This document shows positions 61,545-64,000 of a stretch of 64,000 bases of DNA, piece by piece. Numbering within the stretch: the first letter of the stretch is position 1; each line of letters starts with the position of its first letter. Both the position numbers and the translations under genes were made by a program. Below the pieces are notes generated by a model. That model saw only the letters and a program-made list of their open reading frames with translations, was not told the DNA's origin and did no database searches. This DNA comes from Candidatus Bathyarchaeia archaeon. Lineage in GTDB: Archaea; Thermoproteota; Bathyarchaeia; 40CM-2-53-6. The DNA lies in the NCBI GenBank assembly GCA_049517415.1, contig JBEKSC010000003.1, positions 89,733 through 153,732 of the forward strand, in the 5' to 3' direction.

Positions 61545-61940
61545 GATTTTTCCCTGTCAATTTCTCACTTTGACATTTCCTCCACTTTTCCATCCCGATT
61601 TTCTCTGTTTCTGTGTCAAATGCGCTTCTTGCATTGGGAAATGGAAAACACCCAATGACACAGGAAATTCACAATGACAATTCCTGTCACAGGGGTTTTT
61701 CTTTTCTCATTTTTCCGTGACATTTCATGCTTTTTCTCATGTCATTTCCGGTATCTTTTCGATTCGCTGTCCAAATCGTGAAAATGACGTGGAATGAGCT
61801 GGAATTTGAACTTGAAAATTCACTCAATGACGGTATGTTCCGGAATTTTGACAGTGACATTGACAATGATCTGGCTGACTTTCCGCGCACATCTCATCTT
61901 TCACTAAAATCGGAGTGACAGCACAAGGAATCGCTGACCA
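61545..61940. repeat. Non-coding tract dense in TGACA/TGTCA pentamers
   Basis: About 11 TGACA/TGTCA copies counted by eye in ~370 bp, interleaved with TTTC/GAAA runs. Confidence 0.55.
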
Positions 61941-62026
61941 AACAATGAAATAACGGCGGAAAGAGAAGCTAGACTCTCCAGCCCATCGATCCTACGTTCC
62001 GTTTGTGGAGTCCGGCCCCGTTTTTC

Positions 62027-62069
62027 GTGTGTGTGTGGGTATAGTGGTGCGGGCATCCAGATTTGAACT
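62027..62069 (-). repeat. Site H: tRNA-3' mimic leader + core (62038-62051) + (CA)n terminus
   Basis: Minus strand AGTTCAAATCTGGATGCC|CGCACCACTATACC|CACACACACAC. Confidence 0.92.
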
Positions 62070-62133
62070 GCTATATTGACGCGTCTTAGGTCATTGCACG
62101 AGCTTTGCCAAACCCATCAGTTTCTCCGCTGGC

Positions 62134-62158
62134 GGTTCAATTACCTCCGGACCCGCCA
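62134..62158 (+). repeat. attR-like copy of tRNA-Lys 3' end
   Basis: GGTTCAATTACCTCCGGACCCGCCA. Confidence 0.88.
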
Positions 62159-62243
62159 TCAATTCACAGTGGGTCTTCGGCTCATTTTCCAAGACAGGGA
62201 TCATCCATTAACTGTAAATACTTAGATGTTCAAATAATTTAGC

Positions 62244-62726
62244 TTGCGAACGAAAATGCAAGCGAGCACGACACGGTCTTCTGTAGGAGAGTGCGCACAC
62301 GAAGTCCTAGACGTTGTGCCAATGGTCTTCCGAGTGATTCGAGCCGAGTTGCGAAAGCACGGTGCCAGGGAAATGTCTGTCCCGCAGTTTCGAACGTTGG
62401 GTTTTGTATACAGAAACGAGGGTGCATCGCTATCCGAAGTAGGTGACCACATTGGATTAACTCTTCCAACCATGTCATTGCTCGTCGATGGATTGGTTGC
62501 TCGTGGATTAGTCAGCCGTCGAACAGACGCTGAGGATCGACGGCGTATGACGCTGACGCTTACGGAGGCTGGGCGCGCCAGACTTGAATCAGCGCGTGCG
62601 GCGACCATGGCTAACTTGGAAGAGATGCTCCGCCAGCTTTCCGCATCTGACCGGGCGACTATTACACTGGCTATGCGAATGCTCAGCGAACTCTTTACCG
62701 GAGGGAAAGACTCTGCAAAGAATTGA
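62244..62726 (+). CDS. MarR family regulator
   Basis: LV.RGLV.R.....DRR...L.LT.AG. Confidence 0.9.
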   Translation: MRTKMQASTTRSSVGECAHEVLDVVPMVFRVIRAELRKHGAREMSVPQFRTLGFVYRNEGASLSEVGDHIGLTLPTMSLLVDGLVARGLVSRRTDAEDRRRMTLTLTEAGRARLESARAATMANLEEMLRQLSASDRATITLAMRMLSELFTGGKDSAKN

Positions 62727-63549
62727 GTCAGTAACCCAACAAGAGAGCAAAGATCGTTTCATACTTCAAACCCAGTCGCTCACTAAACGTTTCGGCGATT
62801 TTACTGCTGTTGACGAGTTAACAATTTCGATTGAGCCTGCGGAAATATTCGGGCTAGTTGGACCCAATGGAGCAGGTAAGACTACCGTAATCAAGATGCT
62901 TACAACTCTACTGCCTCCAACCGCTGGAAATGCTTCCGTCGACGGGAACAGTATTACCCGTGAAGCGGTGGGAGTGAGAAGAGTCATCGGATATGTTCCA
63001 CAGTTTCTCTCGGCCGACGGCGCCCTAACAGGCTACGAGAATCTGTTAATATTCTCTAAACTCTATGATATCCCACGCAAAGAACGCAAACAACGAATTA
63101 GCGATGTTCTCAACTTCATGGGACTATCAGGGTTCTCAGGTAAGCTTGTGCGGACATATTCCGGCGGCATGATTAGGCGGCTGGAAATCGCGCAAGCCAT
63201 GCTACATAGACCCAAAGTCCTATTCTTAGACGAACCTACTATAGGCTTAGATCCGGTGGCTCGCAAGGCAGTATGGCAACACATTCAGCAATTGCGAGCG
63301 GATTACGGGACCACCCTCTTTCTAACTACGCATTACATGGATGAGGCTGACCTACTGTGTGGTCGCATTGCAATAATGCACCTTGGCAAAGTCGCGGCGA
63401 TTGGTAGCCCGTCCGAACTGAAGTCGTCTGTCGGAGATGGTGCCACTCTGGATGATGTATTTGCTTACTACTCAGGTGCTGAGGTTGACTCAGGCGGAGG
63501 TTATCGTGAGACATCGAGAGTAAGGCGAATAGTGAGGAGGGTGGGTTAA
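62584..63549 (+). CDS. ABC exporter ATP-binding subunit (DrrA-like; true start likely ~62700)
   Basis: GPNGAGKT, YSGGM, DEPT.GLD, TTHYMDEA. Confidence 0.9.
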   Translation: MNQRVRRPWLTWKRCSASFPHLTGRLLHWLCECSANSLPEGKTLQRIESVTQQESKDRFILQTQSLTKRFGDFTAVDELTISIEPAEIFGLVGPNGAGKTTVIKMLTTLLPPTAGNASVDGNSITREAVGVRRVIGYVPQFLSADGALTGYENLLIFSKLYDIPRKERKQRISDVLNFMGLSGFSGKLVRTYSGGMIRRLEIAQAMLHRPKVLFLDEPTIGLDPVARKAVWQHIQQLRADYGTTLFLTTHYMDEADLLCGRIAIMHLGKVAAIGSPSELKSSVGDGATLDDVFAYYSGAEVDSGGGYRETSRVRRIVRRVG

Positions 63550-64000
63550 TGCAAAGGCTCGGAATCATCGACTATTTTGGTGGCATTACTAATTTCATAG
63601 GGAAAACCCTGACGATCGCTGAACTGGAAGCCCGTAAGCTTCATCACGACTCCACTGAACTGCTTACCCGTGCGGTGCAGCCGGCTCTCTGGCTGTTAAT
63701 TTTCGGGGAGGTATTGGCACAGGTCAGGGCCATCCCAACCGGCAATCTGCCGTATATTGATTTCATGGCTCCTGGAATCTTAGCGCAAAGCGTCCTCTTC
63801 ATCGCCATCTTCTACGGTATAGCGATCATTTGGGAGCGTGATCTCGGTATCGTTCACAAATTCTTGGCTACGCCGACTCCTCGATCAGCGTTAGTTCTCG
63901 GGAAAGCGCTTTCCGCGGGAGAGCGAGGCCTAGCTCAGGCAGCTATCGTCTACGCTCTCGCTCTTGCCCTCGGTGTACACTTGAGTTGGAATATTATTTC
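63549..64000 (+). CDS. ABC-2 permease (partial, runs off window)
   Basis: ATG overlapping upstream TAA; reads ..AVQPALWLLIFG..YIDFMAPGILAQS..WERDLG. Confidence 0.85.
   Translation, partial: MQRLGIIDYFGGITNFIGKTLTIAELEARKLHHDSTELLTRAVQPALWLLIFGEVLAQVRAIPTGNLPYIDFMAPGILAQSVLFIAIFYGIAIIWERDLGIVHKFLATPTPRSALVLGKALSAGERGLAQAAIVYALALALGVHLSWNII

Larger units (their letters stand above)
53423..62037. mobile_element. Cassette V (8615 bp): PolB-less casposon-like element with intact Cas1
   Basis: Perfect 14-bp direct repeats GGTATAGTGGTGCG (53409-53422, 62038-62051) and inverted CACACACAC/GTGTGTGTG termini. Confidence 0.85.
38485..62158. mobile_element. Genomic island integrated at tRNA-Lys 3' end
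   Basis: 25-bp direct repeats GGTTCAAATCCCTCCGGACCCGCCA (38485-38509) / GGTTCAATTACCTCCGGACCCGCCA (62134-62158), 23/25 identical; accessory content between. Confidence 0.85.

Noticed and set aside
61687..61918. ORFs in the TGACA-rich tract
   Set aside because: Low-complexity translations with no recognisable motifs.
39291..62051. Junctions as Xer/dif-like 11-6-11 sites or classical integron attC sites
   Set aside because: They can be parsed that way (GTGTGTGGGTA-N6-TGCGCACACAC), but no intact tyrosine recombinase is in the window, and the fixed 14-bp core, tRNA-like leader and adjacent casposase fit a TSD better. Not fully excluded, since host XerA could act.

Overview
Archaeal chromosomal window (TACK-like gene set: proteasome beta, Dph5, RibK/RibL, NreA, translin, multi-intron tRNA; exact taxon not determinable). 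1-38.3 kb is mostly housekeeping/metabolic: F420-dependent LLM oxidoreductases, ABC exporter, an 11-gene complex-I-like group 4 [NiFe]-hydrogenase operon, repair and cofactor genes. At 38371 a three-intron tRNA-Lys(CTT) is the insertion site of a ~23.6-kb accessory island (25-bp tRNA 3'-end repeat at 38485 and 62134). The main finding is inside the island: a casposase-type Cas1 with no PolB, cas2 or CRISPR array, and five gene-sized cassettes (0.7-8.6 kb). Each cassette ends in (CA)n/(TG)n inverted termini, and they are separated by a conserved 14-bp repeat GGT-NNNN-TGGTGCG. The array is anchored by tRNA-3'-end-mimicking 'leaders', and further inward-facing tRNA mimics lie just inside cassette ends. 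My interpretation is a CRISPR-like/integron-like, casposase-built cargo array whose autonomous member carries a putative SSB/MCM-like ATPase/mini-primase module instead of PolB. All homology calls are by eye; no searches were run.
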